NCBI GenBank assembly: GCA_964612105.1
Contig: CAZTEU010000001.1
Span: 79,115-143,114 of the forward strand
Source: an uncultured Gammaproteobacteria bacterium
Lineage (GTDB): Bacteria; Patescibacteriota; Patescibacteriia; Magasanikbacterales; UBA922
Reading direction: 5' to 3'
Length of the DNA stretch: 64,000 bases
A model generated the notes under the pieces. The model had not been told where the DNA came from. It searched no databases and saw nothing but the letters and a program-made list of their open reading frames with translations. How positions within the stretch are numbered: position 1 is the first letter of the stretch; the number at the start of each line of letters is the position of its first letter. Of this stretch, positions 20,377 to 30,634 are shown one piece after another. Made by a program: the position numbers and the translations under genes.

Positions 20377-20683
20377 AAAGAAAATTATTGTCAAAATATT
20401 CTTCTGCGCTTTCAATATCTAGCTCTCTGCCAGACACATCCTCTCCCCCACTTTCTATTTCTGACATTATAGTTTTTGGTTTAGATGAGAATACAATACT
20501 GTTATCATCTACTTCAACATTTGGTGATTTTGAACAGTATCCTAAACAGCCACACCAATCAAGATCAATTTTATCATTTTTTTCTCCAGGTCTCAAACCT
20601 GCACCTTTGTGAATAGCTTCCATCACCCTTTCTGCACCAAAAGCAGAGCAGGAACCACTACCACATACTCTTACTTTTTTCAT
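20369..20683 (-). CDS. Thioredoxin-like [2Fe-2S] ferredoxin (NuoE-like fold)
   Basis: CGSGSC ... CGCLGYC cysteine spacing in ~100 aa. Confidence 0.55.
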   Translation of the reverse strand: MKKVRVCGSGSCSAFGAERVMEAIHKGAGLRPGEKNDKIDLDWCGCLGYCSKSPNVEVDDNSIVFSSKPKTIMSEIESGGEDVSGRELDIESAEEYFDNNFLYE

Positions 20684-20684
20684 A

Positions 20685-20972
20685 TTATAATCCCATCATA
20701 ATCCTAACTTCCTTAGGAGCTGTCCACGGAGGGTCAAAAGTTACAACAATATCTACATCATCAATTTCTATATTCTTAAGCTCTGATCGTATTTGCTCCT
20801 TTAACATTGGGGCGGCGGGACAGAACGGTGTTGTAAATGTCATAGTAATAGTTACGGAATTGTCGCTCTTACAATCGATATCATATATAAGACCTAGTGA
20901 ATAGATATCAATTCCTAAATCTGGATCTATTACTTTCTTTATCTGCTTAATTATAATATCTTTATTTTTCAT
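20685..20972 (-). CDS. sufT: SufT/MIP18-family Fe-S assembly protein (DUF59)
   Basis: 95 aa with a DUF59 pattern: a conserved Cys in TPFCPAAP and IDPDLGIDIYSLGLIY. Confidence 0.6.
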   Translation of the reverse strand: MKNKDIIIKQIKKVIDPDLGIDIYSLGLIYDIDCKSDNSVTITMTFTTPFCPAAPMLKEQIRSELKNIEIDDVDIVVTFDPPWTAPKEVRIMMGL

Positions 20973-21696
20973 AATAGTTGTTGTATCCTAATTTCTCGAT
21001 TTGTTCAACTAGTTCTGATTTTCCACTTTCTACAATCCTACCTTCTACCATTACATGTACATAATCTGGTTCTACATATTTAGTAATTCCACTATTGTGA
21101 GTAATAATTAATATTCCCTTATTTTTCTTTTTGAAGACATTTATTCCTTTAGAAACAGTCTTCAGAGCATCAACATCTAGGCCAGAGTCAGTTTCATCTA
21201 AAATTGCATATTTAGGATCTAATGTTAATAGTTGTAGAATCTCAAATTTCTTTTTCTCACCACCAGAAAAATTAACATTTATATGTCTTGAGAGGAAGGA
21301 TTCATCAAAATCTAGTTTATTTGACAAACTTTTTAGTTCCTTATAAAAATCTATTGGATTGGTCCTTTCGCCTGTAAGTGCTGACCTGCATGTCTGCAAG
21401 AAATTAGCAACTCCAATTCCGGGTATTTCTGGTGGGTGTTGCTGAGAAAGTAGGACACCCATCTTTGCGATATCTTCAGGCTTTGAGTTGTTGATTTCTT
21501 TCCTATCAACTAATATCTGCCCACCTGTAATTCTGTATTTGGGATTACCCGCAATTGCGTTTACTAGTGTTGATTTTCCAGATCCATTTGGACCCATCAC
21601 AACATGCACTTCGCCTAGCCCAATAGTAATATCAACACCATGAACAATTTCTTTCTCTTTTGATGAAACTTTTAAATTATTTATTTCTAAACTCAT
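20962..21696 (-). CDS. sufC: Fe-S cluster assembly ATPase SufC
   Basis: ABC ATPase Walker A (GPNGSGKST) and signature (FSGGEKK), with SufC-like length. Confidence 0.85.
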   Translation of the reverse strand: MSLEINNLKVSSKEKEIVHGVDITIGLGEVHVVMGPNGSGKSTLVNAIAGNPKYRITGGQILVDRKEINNSKPEDIAKMGVLLSQQHPPEIPGIGVANFLQTCRSALTGERTNPIDFYKELKSLSNKLDFDESFLSRHINVNFSGGEKKKFEILQLLTLDPKYAILDETDSGLDVDALKTVSKGINVFKKKNKGILIITHNSGITKYVEPDYVHVMVEGRIVESGKSELVEQIEKLGYNNYYEK

Positions 21697-22064
21697 ACTT
21701 TCTTGAGCATTACTCCCAGTGTATTAAGACCAAGCATAGCACACCGCATTCTTCCTTGCGATATTGGAATGCCAAGTAGGTCTAGAACTTTCTCCTCATT
21801 AATTTCAGAATCTTCTCTTATATTCAAATTCTTTGCACACTCTGTTAACAACGACACACCAGCCATCGAAATTGCGCAACCACTTCCTTGGAAGCCTATA
21901 TCTTTTATATAGCCGTTTTCTAAATATAACTGAATAATTATGTTATCTCCACAATTTGGATTGTGTCCTTTTTGTTCGTGACTAGTTTTTTCTAATACTT
22001 TAAAATTGAGTGGTTTTTTATATAGCTCCAAAATATTTTCTTTATAAAGATCTTCAATGTTCAT
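21693..22064 (-). CDS. sufU: SufU/IscU-type Fe-S scaffold / sulfur acceptor
   Basis: NifU-like N-terminal motifs (NPNCGD, GSGCAIS). Confidence 0.75.
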   Translation of the reverse strand: MNIEDLYKENILELYKKPLNFKVLEKTSHEQKGHNPNCGDNIIIQLYLENGYIKDIGFQGSGCAISMAGVSLLTECAKNLNIREDSEINEEKVLDLLGIPISQGRMRCAMLGLNTLGVMLKKV

Positions 22065-22065
22065 A

Positions 22066-23271
22066 TTATTTTGAAAAAATTTCTTTTACCCTACTTATGC
22101 CAGACATTAAACTATCTATATCATTTTTATCATTATATATACCAAACGATGCTCTTGATGTTCCATATATACCTAGATACTGCATTAATGGCATAGCACA
22201 GTGGCTACCTGCACGTGTTGCAATCCCCTGTTTTCCAAGAATATCTGAAATATCGTGTGGGTGTATTCCATCAATTGTGAATGAAAAGACCCCACCCCTC
22301 TGCGTTATGTCTTTTGGTCCAATAATGTTCAAAAGAGGTACTTTTTCAAGCTCTCTCATTGCATAATCTGTTAGTTCCTTTTCGTGTTTTTCAATTGAGT
22401 CCCAGCCAATTTTTTTTACGAACTTAATTGCTGCACCAAGTCCAATAATGCCTGAAATATGTGGTGTTCCGGCTTCAAATTTATAAGGAACCTCTGCCCA
22501 TGTTGCCTCATCAAATCTCACTTCGGAAATCATATCTCCACCAAAGAAAAGGGGTTGCATAGCTTCAAGTAAATGATATTTTCCATAAATCACACCCACT
22601 CCAGTGGGTCCGTATATCTTATGTCCACCAAACACGAGAAAATCACAGTCCAATTCTTGCACATCCGTACTCTGATGTACAATTCCTTGGGCAGCATCTA
22701 ATATTGTTGTGGCATCCACCTCTTTTGCTATTGAGATTAGTTCCTTGGAAGGTAGATAAGTACCCAGCACATTTGACATTGTAGCAAAAGAAACTATTTT
22801 TGTATTTTTATCAATTAGTTCCCTAGCAGAATTTAGATTAATTTGGTAATCATCATTTAGCTCAATAAATCTAAGCTCACATCCTGTTCTCTTTACTGCT
22901 TCCTGCCACGGAACTAGGTTCGCATGATGCTCTAACCTTGTTATTACTATATTATCTTCTGCTGACAGGCCACCGGCAAGCTGATAAGCAAGTAGATTCA
23001 ACCCGTGGGTTGTACCATTTGTAAAAATTATCTCTTCCTTTCTATCTGCATTAATAAACTTTGCGACAAGCTCTCTAGACTTTTCACATGCTTCGGTTAC
23101 ACACTCACTCATCTCATAGAGCCCTCTATGCACATTCACTGAACACTCGCTATAGTACCAGTTTATAGATTTAATTACTTCTTTTGGTGTTAACGCGGAC
23201 GCTCCACTATCAAGATAAACCAACTCTGGATTCTTTTGAAATACTGGAAATTCCGATTTTATATTATTCAT
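22066..23271 (-). CDS. sufS: Cysteine desulfurase SufS (class V aminotransferase, group II)
   Basis: SufS-type C-terminal motif RAGSHCA and a PLP-lysine region. The ORF track extends to 23298; the internal ATG (MNNIKSEF) avoids most of the overlap with sufD. Confidence 0.8.
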   Translation of the reverse strand: MNNIKSEFPVFQKNPELVYLDSGASALTPKEVIKSINWYYSECSVNVHRGLYEMSECVTEACEKSRELVAKFINADRKEEIIFTNGTTHGLNLLAYQLAGGLSAEDNIVITRLEHHANLVPWQEAVKRTGCELRFIELNDDYQINLNSARELIDKNTKIVSFATMSNVLGTYLPSKELISIAKEVDATTILDAAQGIVHQSTDVQELDCDFLVFGGHKIYGPTGVGVIYGKYHLLEAMQPLFFGGDMISEVRFDEATWAEVPYKFEAGTPHISGIIGLGAAIKFVKKIGWDSIEKHEKELTDYAMRELEKVPLLNIIGPKDITQRGGVFSFTIDGIHPHDISDILGKQGIATRAGSHCAMPLMQYLGIYGTSRASFGIYNDKNDIDSLMSGISRVKEIFSK

Positions 23272-24157
23272 ACCTATATTTACTTTCCGTGCACCCATAT
23301 ATATATGGATGAAGTGATTTAGGAAGATGTTTGAGGATTGGTTCTACGTGTGCATGTACAGCACTCCTCGTAGCTAGCCCCTTATCCAGTCCATGTGAAT
23401 TTAAATAGAAAAGCACTTCTTTGTCAATGTCTGATGTAGATGTTCCGTGACTACATGTTATATCATTCTGTCTTATTGATAATTCTGGTGTTGCAGTTAT
23501 TTTTGCATTTTTTGAGAGCAGTAGGTTTCTTTCCTTTTGTAGTGCGCGTGTTTTCTTTGCTGATTTTTCCACATCGATTAGACTCTTATATATTACTTTA
23601 GATGTATTATCTAAAACTCCATTTGTGAGAAGGGTGCTTTTTGTATTCTCTCCCACATGCTTGACTGAGTGCTTAATATCAAATTCTTGACTACTATTTG
23701 TCAGAAAGAGTCCATATATACTTGTTTGAGAATTTTTTTCCAGTAGCTGGGACTCAATAGATGATCTGCTTGTGTCTGAGCCTATCTGAATATCAACCCA
23801 CTCAATTTTTCCATCTCTTTTTACTTTGCTTACCCTTTTAATTGTATTCTTAATAGTTTCATTAGTATTCTGTATAGCAACATATTTAACTTCTGCACCA
23901 ATCCCAACTAAGATATTCACTTCCAAATCCAACTCACCCTTAATATCTATGTTTTCTAATATCTCTACAACAGTTTTGTCCTTAACCTCAATATTGAGTT
24001 TCACCTTGTTAGTTGAACTAGAGGATTTAATTAGTATCTCAATTGGATTTTTTTGTACTTTGTCACCAATAGAAAGTTCATACAGCCCTTCAGACTTTTT
24101 TTTCAGCACCTCTCCAGATACAATAATATTTGTTTCCTTGTTAGTCATATTATCCAA
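23264..24157 (-). CDS. sufD: SufD-like Fe-S assembly protein (SufB/SufD family, short form)
   Basis: Weak SufBD beta-helix-region similarity; the position between sufB and sufS supports the call. Confidence 0.55.
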   Translation of the reverse strand: MDNMTNKETNIIVSGEVLKKKSEGLYELSIGDKVQKNPIEILIKSSSSTNKVKLNIEVKDKTVVEILENIDIKGELDLEVNILVGIGAEVKYVAIQNTNETIKNTIKRVSKVKRDGKIEWVDIQIGSDTSRSSIESQLLEKNSQTSIYGLFLTNSSQEFDIKHSVKHVGENTKSTLLTNGVLDNTSKVIYKSLIDVEKSAKKTRALQKERNLLLSKNAKITATPELSIRQNDITCSHGTSTSDIDKEVLFYLNSHGLDKGLATRSAVHAHVEPILKHLPKSLHPYIYGCTESKYRYE

Positions 24158-25553
24158 TTGCCCCCTCAGTTTCCATCATTATTAACCTCTGTAGCTCAAT
24201 TGCATACTCCATTGGTAATGACTGCACAATGGGATTAACAAAACCTGTAACAATCATCTGTTGTGCTTGTTCTAAACTTAAACCACGAGATTGAATATAA
24301 AATAACTCATCATCTCCAATTTTCCCGACTTTTGCTTCATGCGCTACACTAACTTCGCTGTTCTCTACCTTCATCTTTGGAATTGTGTTACTCTGCGATA
24401 GCTCATCCATGATAAGAGCATCACACTCAACTAGCGAGTCTGAGTTATTAGCTTTTTTTGTTATTTTAACTAGTCCTCTATACGTATTAATTCCACCATC
24501 CACAGAAATTGATTTTGATCTAACATTTGATTTAGTGTTTGGTGCAGAGTGAATTACTTTGGAGCCAGTGTCTTGAGTCTGACCTTTTCCAGCAAAAGCT
24601 ATACCAAGAGAATTAGAGGACGAGTTTTCTCCTCTAAGGACACTACACGGATACAGCATTGTTGTACAACTACCCATATTTCCACTCACCCACTCTATAG
24701 ACGCATCCTTGTCCACAAGTGCTCTTTTGGTATTAAGATTATAAACATTTTTTGACCAGTTTTCTATTGAAAAATATTTGACCACTGCCTTCTCTTTAAC
24801 AAATATTTCTACACATCCAGCATGAATAGAGTTTTTATTGTATTGTGGAGCGCTACATCCTTCAATGTATTCTATATGTGATTCCTCATCTGCAATAATT
24901 ATAGTATGCTCAAACTGCCCAGAACCTTGTGCATTCATCCTAAAATATGCCTGAAGAGGTAGCTCTACATGAACTCCTTTTGGGATATATATAAAAGTAC
25001 CTCCAGACCACACAGCTCCATGCAACATTGTAAATTTGTGATCATGAACCGGAACACAACTTGTCATGAAATATTCTTTAACCATTTCTGGATATTTATG
25101 CAGAGCAGTATCCATGTTTTCGAATATTACTCCCTTATCTAACAAATTTTCCTTCAATTTGTGATATACGGAATCGCTATCGTATTGTGCCCCAACTCCA
25201 GCTAGATGTTCACGCTCTGCTTTAGGAATACCAAGTTTCTCAAAAGTTTCATGTATCTCTTTTGGTACTTCATCCCAGCTTGTGACTTCCTTTGCGTCTG
25301 GTCTTACGTAATAGCAAATATCGTCAAGATTAAGATTTGATATATCTGGGCCCCAGTTTGGCAGTTTAGTTTCATTAAATAGCCTGAGTGCATCTAATCT
25401 TTTCTCTAGCATCCATGCTGGTTCCTTTTTTTGATTTGATATTTCTCTTACAACCTCTTCATTAATCCCCAGTTTGGCTTTATATAAAGAACTGTCCTTG
25501 TTTCCTCTATCAAAAATCTTCTTATTGTATTTATTTTCATTTATACTTTTCAT
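24150..25553 (-). CDS. sufB: Fe-S cluster assembly protein SufB
   Basis: 467 aa, typical of SufB in length and pattern (FxxGxxGxxxF..., C-terminal FVNPIV). Confidence 0.85.
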   Translation of the reverse strand: MKSINENKYNKKIFDRGNKDSSLYKAKLGINEEVVREISNQKKEPAWMLEKRLDALRLFNETKLPNWGPDISNLNLDDICYYVRPDAKEVTSWDEVPKEIHETFEKLGIPKAEREHLAGVGAQYDSDSVYHKLKENLLDKGVIFENMDTALHKYPEMVKEYFMTSCVPVHDHKFTMLHGAVWSGGTFIYIPKGVHVELPLQAYFRMNAQGSGQFEHTIIIADEESHIEYIEGCSAPQYNKNSIHAGCVEIFVKEKAVVKYFSIENWSKNVYNLNTKRALVDKDASIEWVSGNMGSCTTMLYPCSVLRGENSSSNSLGIAFAGKGQTQDTGSKVIHSAPNTKSNVRSKSISVDGGINTYRGLVKITKKANNSDSLVECDALIMDELSQSNTIPKMKVENSEVSVAHEAKVGKIGDDELFYIQSRGLSLEQAQQMIVTGFVNPIVQSLPMEYAIELQRLIMMETEGAIG

Positions 25554-26749
25554 GATATTCCCCGATTCATCCCTCTTACTTTACTTATTACAATCTGTAG
25601 TTTATCTATGCAGTAGTCAATGTCTTTCTTTGTTGTATTTGCACCCAATGTAAATCTTATTGCACTTGATACTCTTTCTGAACTAAGTCCGCATGCTCTT
25701 AATACATGTGATTCTTCTCCAGACTGTTCAGAACAAGACGATCCAGATGATACTTCAATTCCATATGAATTTAAATATAGTATAACTGCTTCGGACTCGG
25801 CGCCAACAAAAGAAACATTAAGATTTTCTTGTAACCTGCGGTCACTGTTCAACAGCGGTCCATTTATCTGCACATTCTTTATACTACTATTAATTCCATT
25901 CCATAGGTAGTCTCGTAAATTCTTTATTACATCTGACTCCTTTTTGTTGTCTTTAAGAATTGAAAGTGCTTTTGCCATACCTACAATACCAGGAGTGTTG
26001 TGTGTTCCAGGTCTAATCCCCTTTTCCTGCCCTCCACCATAAGATATAGGTTCTAGTTTGATACCTTTCCTTTTGTATAGAATTCCTACACCCTTTGGTC
26101 CATAAATTTTTGAGCTACTCATTGACATTAAATCCACGTGAAGTTTATCAACATTAATATCTATATGTTTCATCGACTGACATGCGTCTGTGTGAAGTGC
26201 TGGATAATTAGAACTGTTTTCTTTTCTCCATTTTATAATTGCTCTACCAAATTCTGGAATATCTAGAATAGTTCCAATTTCATTATTTGAGTGCATTATA
26301 GAAACGAGAATTGTATCTTCTCTTATTTCTTTGATTATATTATCAGCCAGAACTCTTCCATCTTCTTCTACTTCTACGTAAGTAATTTCAAAACCTTCCT
26401 CCTCTAGTCTTTTTATTGGTTCCAATACAGACGTATGCTCAATCCTTGTGGTGATTATATGCCTTCCAATACTTTTGTTAGCCCTGGCAAAACCTAGTAA
26501 TGCTAAATTATTTGATTCAGTACCACCACTTGTGAATATTATACTAGTTGGATTTGCGGATATTTCTCCAGCAATTATCTTCCTAGACTTTTCTATGGCC
26601 TTTTTTGAACATATTGCTGACTTGTACAATGAAGATGGGTTAGCATATATATCAAAAAAATACGGACTCATTGCTTTATAGACCTTTTTTCTTAGAGGTG
26701 TTGATGCCGCGTGGTCTAGGTAGACTTTGCGCTTTTTTCCCCAAAACAT
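25550..26749 (-). CDS. Cysteine desulfurase NifS/IscS-type (class V aminotransferase, group I)
   Basis: SGGTESNN motif, a PLP-lysine region and a C-terminal active-site Cys loop (SSGSSCS). Confidence 0.8.
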   Translation of the reverse strand: MFWGKKRKVYLDHAASTPLRKKVYKAMSPYFFDIYANPSSLYKSAICSKKAIEKSRKIIAGEISANPTSIIFTSGGTESNNLALLGFARANKSIGRHIITTRIEHTSVLEPIKRLEEEGFEITYVEVEEDGRVLADNIIKEIREDTILVSIMHSNNEIGTILDIPEFGRAIIKWRKENSSNYPALHTDACQSMKHIDINVDKLHVDLMSMSSSKIYGPKGVGILYKRKGIKLEPISYGGGQEKGIRPGTHNTPGIVGMAKALSILKDNKKESDVIKNLRDYLWNGINSSIKNVQINGPLLNSDRRLQENLNVSFVGAESEAVILYLNSYGIEVSSGSSCSEQSGEESHVLRACGLSSERVSSAIRFTLGANTTKKDIDYCIDKLQIVISKVRGMNRGIS

Positions 26750-26824
26750 ATATACTTGAATCTTATAAGAATCTGATGTATCATAGAGGAGATTCTTGTC
26801 TCTGTCAAGGTAAATATTGCTAAA

Positions 26825-27508
26825 ATGAAGGAATATTCTGCAAAATTAGAAAGTATTAAGGAAATAGCAACTGACATACTACAGTTGCGTTTTTCGCATC
26901 CTGAGGACCTTAAATATGAGGCTGGTCAATTTGTTCAGATAATTGTACCTGACAATTCGAAGGAAGTGCTTAGATCATACTCAATATCAAGTGCTCCAGA
27001 AGATAATTATATTGAATTCTGCGTTAAGTATTTAGAAGATGGAAAAGCATCAAACTATTTCAAGAAAATGAATATAGGCGACAATATGCGTTTTAGAGGA
27101 CCACTCGGAAGATTTGTTTTTAAGGATAAAGACCAAGGTCACCATTTTATAGCCACTGGTACAGGTATAGCCCCTATAATAGGTATAATTCGTAGTAGGC
27201 TAGAGTATAATAACGAGACGAGGAATATACATCTACTGTTCGGCGTAAGATATGAGCAAGACATCTTTTGGAAAGAAAAACTTGATGATCTAAAATATAA
27301 ATACACCAATTTTGATTATAATCTAATACTCTCAAGACCCCTAGACACTTGGAGTGGTATGTCAGGACATGTTACAGAACATGTAATCCCAAAAGAGATA
27401 AAGGATCACTATTATATATGTGGAAACGGAGGAATGGTAAAAGATGTTAGGACCCTCCTAATTAATTCAGGTGTAAATCTAAAAAATATTAGCTTAGAGA
27501 TTTTCTAA
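26825..27508 (+). CDS. FNR-family FAD/NAD(P)-binding oxidoreductase (ferredoxin reductase-like)
   Basis: RSYS (RxYS FAD-binding) motif and GTGIAP NAD(P)-binding motif. Confidence 0.7.
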   Translation: MKEYSAKLESIKEIATDILQLRFSHPEDLKYEAGQFVQIIVPDNSKEVLRSYSISSAPEDNYIEFCVKYLEDGKASNYFKKMNIGDNMRFRGPLGRFVFKDKDQGHHFIATGTGIAPIIGIIRSRLEYNNETRNIHLLFGVRYEQDIFWKEKLDDLKYKYTNFDYNLILSRPLDTWSGMSGHVTEHVIPKEIKDHYYICGNGGMVKDVRTLLINSGVNLKNISLEIF

Positions 27509-27514
27509 GCTAAT

Positions 27515-28090
27515 TTATATCGGTAGCGTCATATTAATTCCAGACCCACCAATCTTCTGTGTTACAACCTGTTCGTGAAAACTGACAGCAATAGGTAAAA
27601 TATCTCCAGTTATAGTAGGATAATAAAGCATCCTGTTTTTTTTACCAAATTCGTATATTTCCTTAGTAACCCTGACATCCTGTTCACAATACTTCTTTAT
27701 CTCTTCTATTTTTCCTTCCTCATACCATTTCACAGCCTGCAATCCGTCTGCGCTTTTCTTCATCTGAAGAGTTGCAGAAGCAATATCATCCAGCTTATAT
27801 CTTTTACCAGAAGATTCTTTTATGCACTTAAGTAGGTCTAATTGAGGAAATTGTAATAAGTCACCAGCATAGAATCTGTTTAGAATTGGTATATCAAAGT
27901 GTTCACTATTGTATCCAATAATTCTATCTGCTTTTTCAAGAATTGGCCAGAGGTCACCGAGTTGATTTTCATCAAAAGATCTATATGAATCTGTTTCATA
28001 CTCATAAATAGAAACTACAGTCACTTTTAGCGAGTCGTAATTTCTTATATCTCCATATGTTTCAATATCCAGTACAATTTCTTTTGACAT
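27515..28090 (-). CDS. DEDDh-family 3'-5' exonuclease (RNase H-like fold)
   Basis: Exo I DIETYG, Exo II YNSEHFDIPIL, Exo III YCEQDVRVT. Confidence 0.6.
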   Translation of the reverse strand: MSKEIVLDIETYGDIRNYDSLKVTVVSIYEYETDSYRSFDENQLGDLWPILEKADRIIGYNSEHFDIPILNRFYAGDLLQFPQLDLLKCIKESSGKRYKLDDIASATLQMKKSADGLQAVKWYEEGKIEEIKKYCEQDVRVTKEIYEFGKKNRMLYYPTITGDILPIAVSFHEQVVTQKIGGSGINMTLPI

Positions 28091-28125
28091 ATAATATAAA
28101 AGCAGCCTGAGGCTGCTTATTCAAT

Positions 28126-28359
28126 TTAGGATTTACCTAACGCTTCATCCACCTTGGCAACATCAAATCCGACAATTATTGTCCCATTAACGTCCAGAAC
28201 AGGGACTCCCATTTGTCCCGATTTCTCTACCATTTCTTTTGCTCTGTCTTGTTCTGCAGCAACATTTACATCTTCAAAATCTACTCCTTTTTCTTTAAGA
28301 TAATCTTTTGCTTTGTGACAAAAAGGGCATGTAGGTGTGGAGTATACTATAACACTCAT
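28126..28359 (-). CDS. Glutaredoxin (CPFC active site)
   Basis: 77 aa with YSTPTCPFCHKAK and a GVP...G motif. Confidence 0.8.
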   Translation of the reverse strand: MSVIVYSTPTCPFCHKAKDYLKEKGVDFEDVNVAAEQDRAKEMVEKSGQMGVPVLDVNGTIIVGFDVAKVDEALGKS

Positions 28360-28365
28360 ATATTT

Positions 28366-28719
28366 TTAATTAATTTTTTTAAACGAAACTTTAAATATTG
28401 GTTCGTATTCCTGATCATTTTCATCTGTAATCTGTACAGACTCCCCTTTCATAACTGTTGTCATTGCAATGTCACTTAATAATTCTTGCTCGGAATCTAT
28501 ATCAATCTTTAGATCATCCATCTGCACAAACTCTCCACTAAACTGTTCTTTCGTAACATTCTCTATTACCTTTTTCCTTTCTCGCATAGTTTTCATCTCA
28601 TCAATAATTTCAACATATTCTTGAGAAGTTGATAAAGCATCTTTGTATGCCTTTTTTAAGTCTTTTAGTTTCTTTTTTTGTGTTTGTAGTCTTTCAAACA
28701 CTTTTTGTATGTCTTGCAT
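28366..28719 (-). CDS. Hypothetical coiled-coil protein
   Basis: 117 aa, K/E-rich heptads, no motifs. Confidence 0.4.
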   Translation of the reverse strand: MQDIQKVFERLQTQKKKLKDLKKAYKDALSTSQEYVEIIDEMKTMRERKKVIENVTKEQFSGEFVQMDDLKIDIDSEQELLSDIAMTTVMKGESVQITDENDQEYEPIFKVSFKKIN

Positions 28720-28755
28720 ATATGATATCAGTCGATATATGATATCACAAAATCA

Positions 28756-29766
28756 CTATTTGTACAGTTCTGTTTGTGGATGGACTGCTACCCAAGAAAA
28801 CCAATATGTGGTAAATGGATTGATCCTCTCAAGTTTGTTATCAGTTTTCTTAAACATCTGCACTGCGTCCAATTCACTAATATACTTAAGTACAATTTCT
28901 TCACCTTCAAAATGATCTACAATTTCTTTTTTGTCTTTTATTTTGCTAGGTACGTACGCTTTAGCTTTATTATTTATAATAATACCAAACACCAACTCCT
29001 TTGGGTTTAGCCTATCATCTTTATTGTCCACAGGAAATATTATTTCATCGCTTTTATGATAATCCGCGTATGGGTCTCTCCCATAGAATCTTATAGCACC
29101 TGTGTCCTTCGAGAGCACCTCACCATCTGGATAATTACTGGACCACGAACCAAAGGTTGTAAGATCATATGGGACTATCCTAAGTTTCCTGCCTGTCATA
29201 GGACCTACAATGGCTTCTCCAAGCGCTTGGGACCAATAGCTAAGAGTTGCCCTATCATACATAACGAGATTTGAGTTCCAAAGCTTTCCTGATGTACCAA
29301 ACTCTACCCTCTCGTCATTTACTAGTGGGTCAAACACAATACCAGAACCACACAGTGGGCAGTACGTAACTAATATTCTTTGTCCATTAACTGTATCATT
29401 TACAATTTCATGCCAGACTAGTATTTGATAAGGATAAAATCTACTAACTCCGTCCATATCTATACTTATCCCCGAATCATCGTCCTTAAGAAATTTACTT
29501 GCATCACTTACAGAAACGTATTTTGGGTCGTCTATAGAAGGAATACCGTCCATTGGAGGTCCTCCTCCAACTATATCTTCAAGAGGAACACTATGTTTTG
29601 TTTCTTCATCCATAATGTCCTTATCAATTTCTTCTGCTGTATTATTTGTGCTTGGATCTAGAGCTTCTTTACGTAGGTTTTGTACAGCAAAAAGGTAGTA
29701 TACAATTGCAAATGTACAGATAATAACAACACTTATAATAATGAAGGCTTGTATTGAATTTTTCAT
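28756..29766 (-). CDS. DUF3179-family membrane-anchored protein
   Basis: N-terminal TM helix and a conserved YCPLCGSG core. Confidence 0.5.
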   Translation of the reverse strand: MKNSIQAFIIISVVIICTFAIVYYLFAVQNLRKEALDPSTNNTAEEIDKDIMDEETKHSVPLEDIVGGGPPMDGIPSIDDPKYVSVSDASKFLKDDDSGISIDMDGVSRFYPYQILVWHEIVNDTVNGQRILVTYCPLCGSGIVFDPLVNDERVEFGTSGKLWNSNLVMYDRATLSYWSQALGEAIVGPMTGRKLRIVPYDLTTFGSWSSNYPDGEVLSKDTGAIRFYGRDPYADYHKSDEIIFPVDNKDDRLNPKELVFGIIINNKAKAYVPSKIKDKKEIVDHFEGEEIVLKYISELDAVQMFKKTDNKLERINPFTTYWFSWVAVHPQTELYK

Positions 29767-29772
29767 TTCGTC

Positions 29773-30189
29773 TTATTTCTGAGACTCTACAATAGCTTTT
29801 ACAATTTTTGAGTCTGCTTTTAGGTTTTCTATAAAAAGAATGTTATCTTTGTTGATAATCATCAAATCCTCTGGCTCATGTAGCTCTTCCCCAAGTTTTA
29901 TTAATGACATGTCTGTTTTATCTATAGCGTTCTTGTTTTGATCCTGCAATTGTTGCTTCGCCTTTAGATAATAAATATCCGTTAGGTTTATCCACTCATA
30001 CTTTTGTCTTTCCACATGACCAAAATATACTTGACCGTTTGTGAGAAATACTGCTTGATATGTATTATCTTGAAATTGATATGATTTTTTGTGTTTTATA
30101 TATACTAACTTAGTTGCAATCAAAAGTATTATTACTGAAATAATCACAACTACAAGCTTCGATTCAATTACTTTATTTCCAATCTTCAT
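29773..30189 (-). CDS. Hypothetical single-pass membrane protein
   Basis: N-terminal TM helix, 138 aa. Confidence 0.4.
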   Translation of the reverse strand: MKIGNKVIESKLVVVIISVIILLIATKLVYIKHKKSYQFQDNTYQAVFLTNGQVYFGHVERQKYEWINLTDIYYLKAKQQLQDQNKNAIDKTDMSLIKLGEELHEPEDLMIINKDNILFIENLKADSKIVKAIVESQK

Positions 30190-30193
30190 ATAA

Positions 30194-30622
30194 TTATTGC
30201 TCTAGTGTGGGTTCATTATCCTCCCCTTGAGAATTAAAATTTACTGATCCAATATTTATTATCTTCTTCTCCGCCTCTCTATATATTAGTGCCCTATCTT
30301 TATAAATTAATAACCTATCACCATTTTCTGCATTATTAAAAAACTCTTGTTGTTCTTTGAGTACCACTATATCCTTAATAGTAGCCACTGCTGGTTTCTC
30401 CTCTGGAAGAAGAATAATTTTGTTTACCTCTTCGATTAATAAATCTACACTATTACTGTCTTCCTCTGTTACAGTATCTACGTTTTCTACTATTTCTACA
30501 TCGCTTTTGTTTTTATTAGTAAAAAACCACAGAGAAAATAGTATAATTACAATAATAAAAATTACTGTGAGTATCACAGTGACAGGTGGTCTGTTCTCTT
30601 TTTTCTTATACTCTATAGGCAT
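30194..30622 (-). CDS. Hypothetical single-pass membrane protein
   Basis: TM helix near the N-terminus, 142 aa. Confidence 0.4.
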   Translation of the reverse strand: MPIEYKKKENRPPVTVILTVIFIIVIILFSLWFFTNKNKSDVEIVENVDTVTEEDSNSVDLLIEEVNKIILLPEEKPAVATIKDIVVLKEQQEFFNNAENGDRLLIYKDRALIYREAEKKIINIGSVNFNSQGEDNEPTLEQ

Positions 30623-30634
30623 ATACTAATCACA

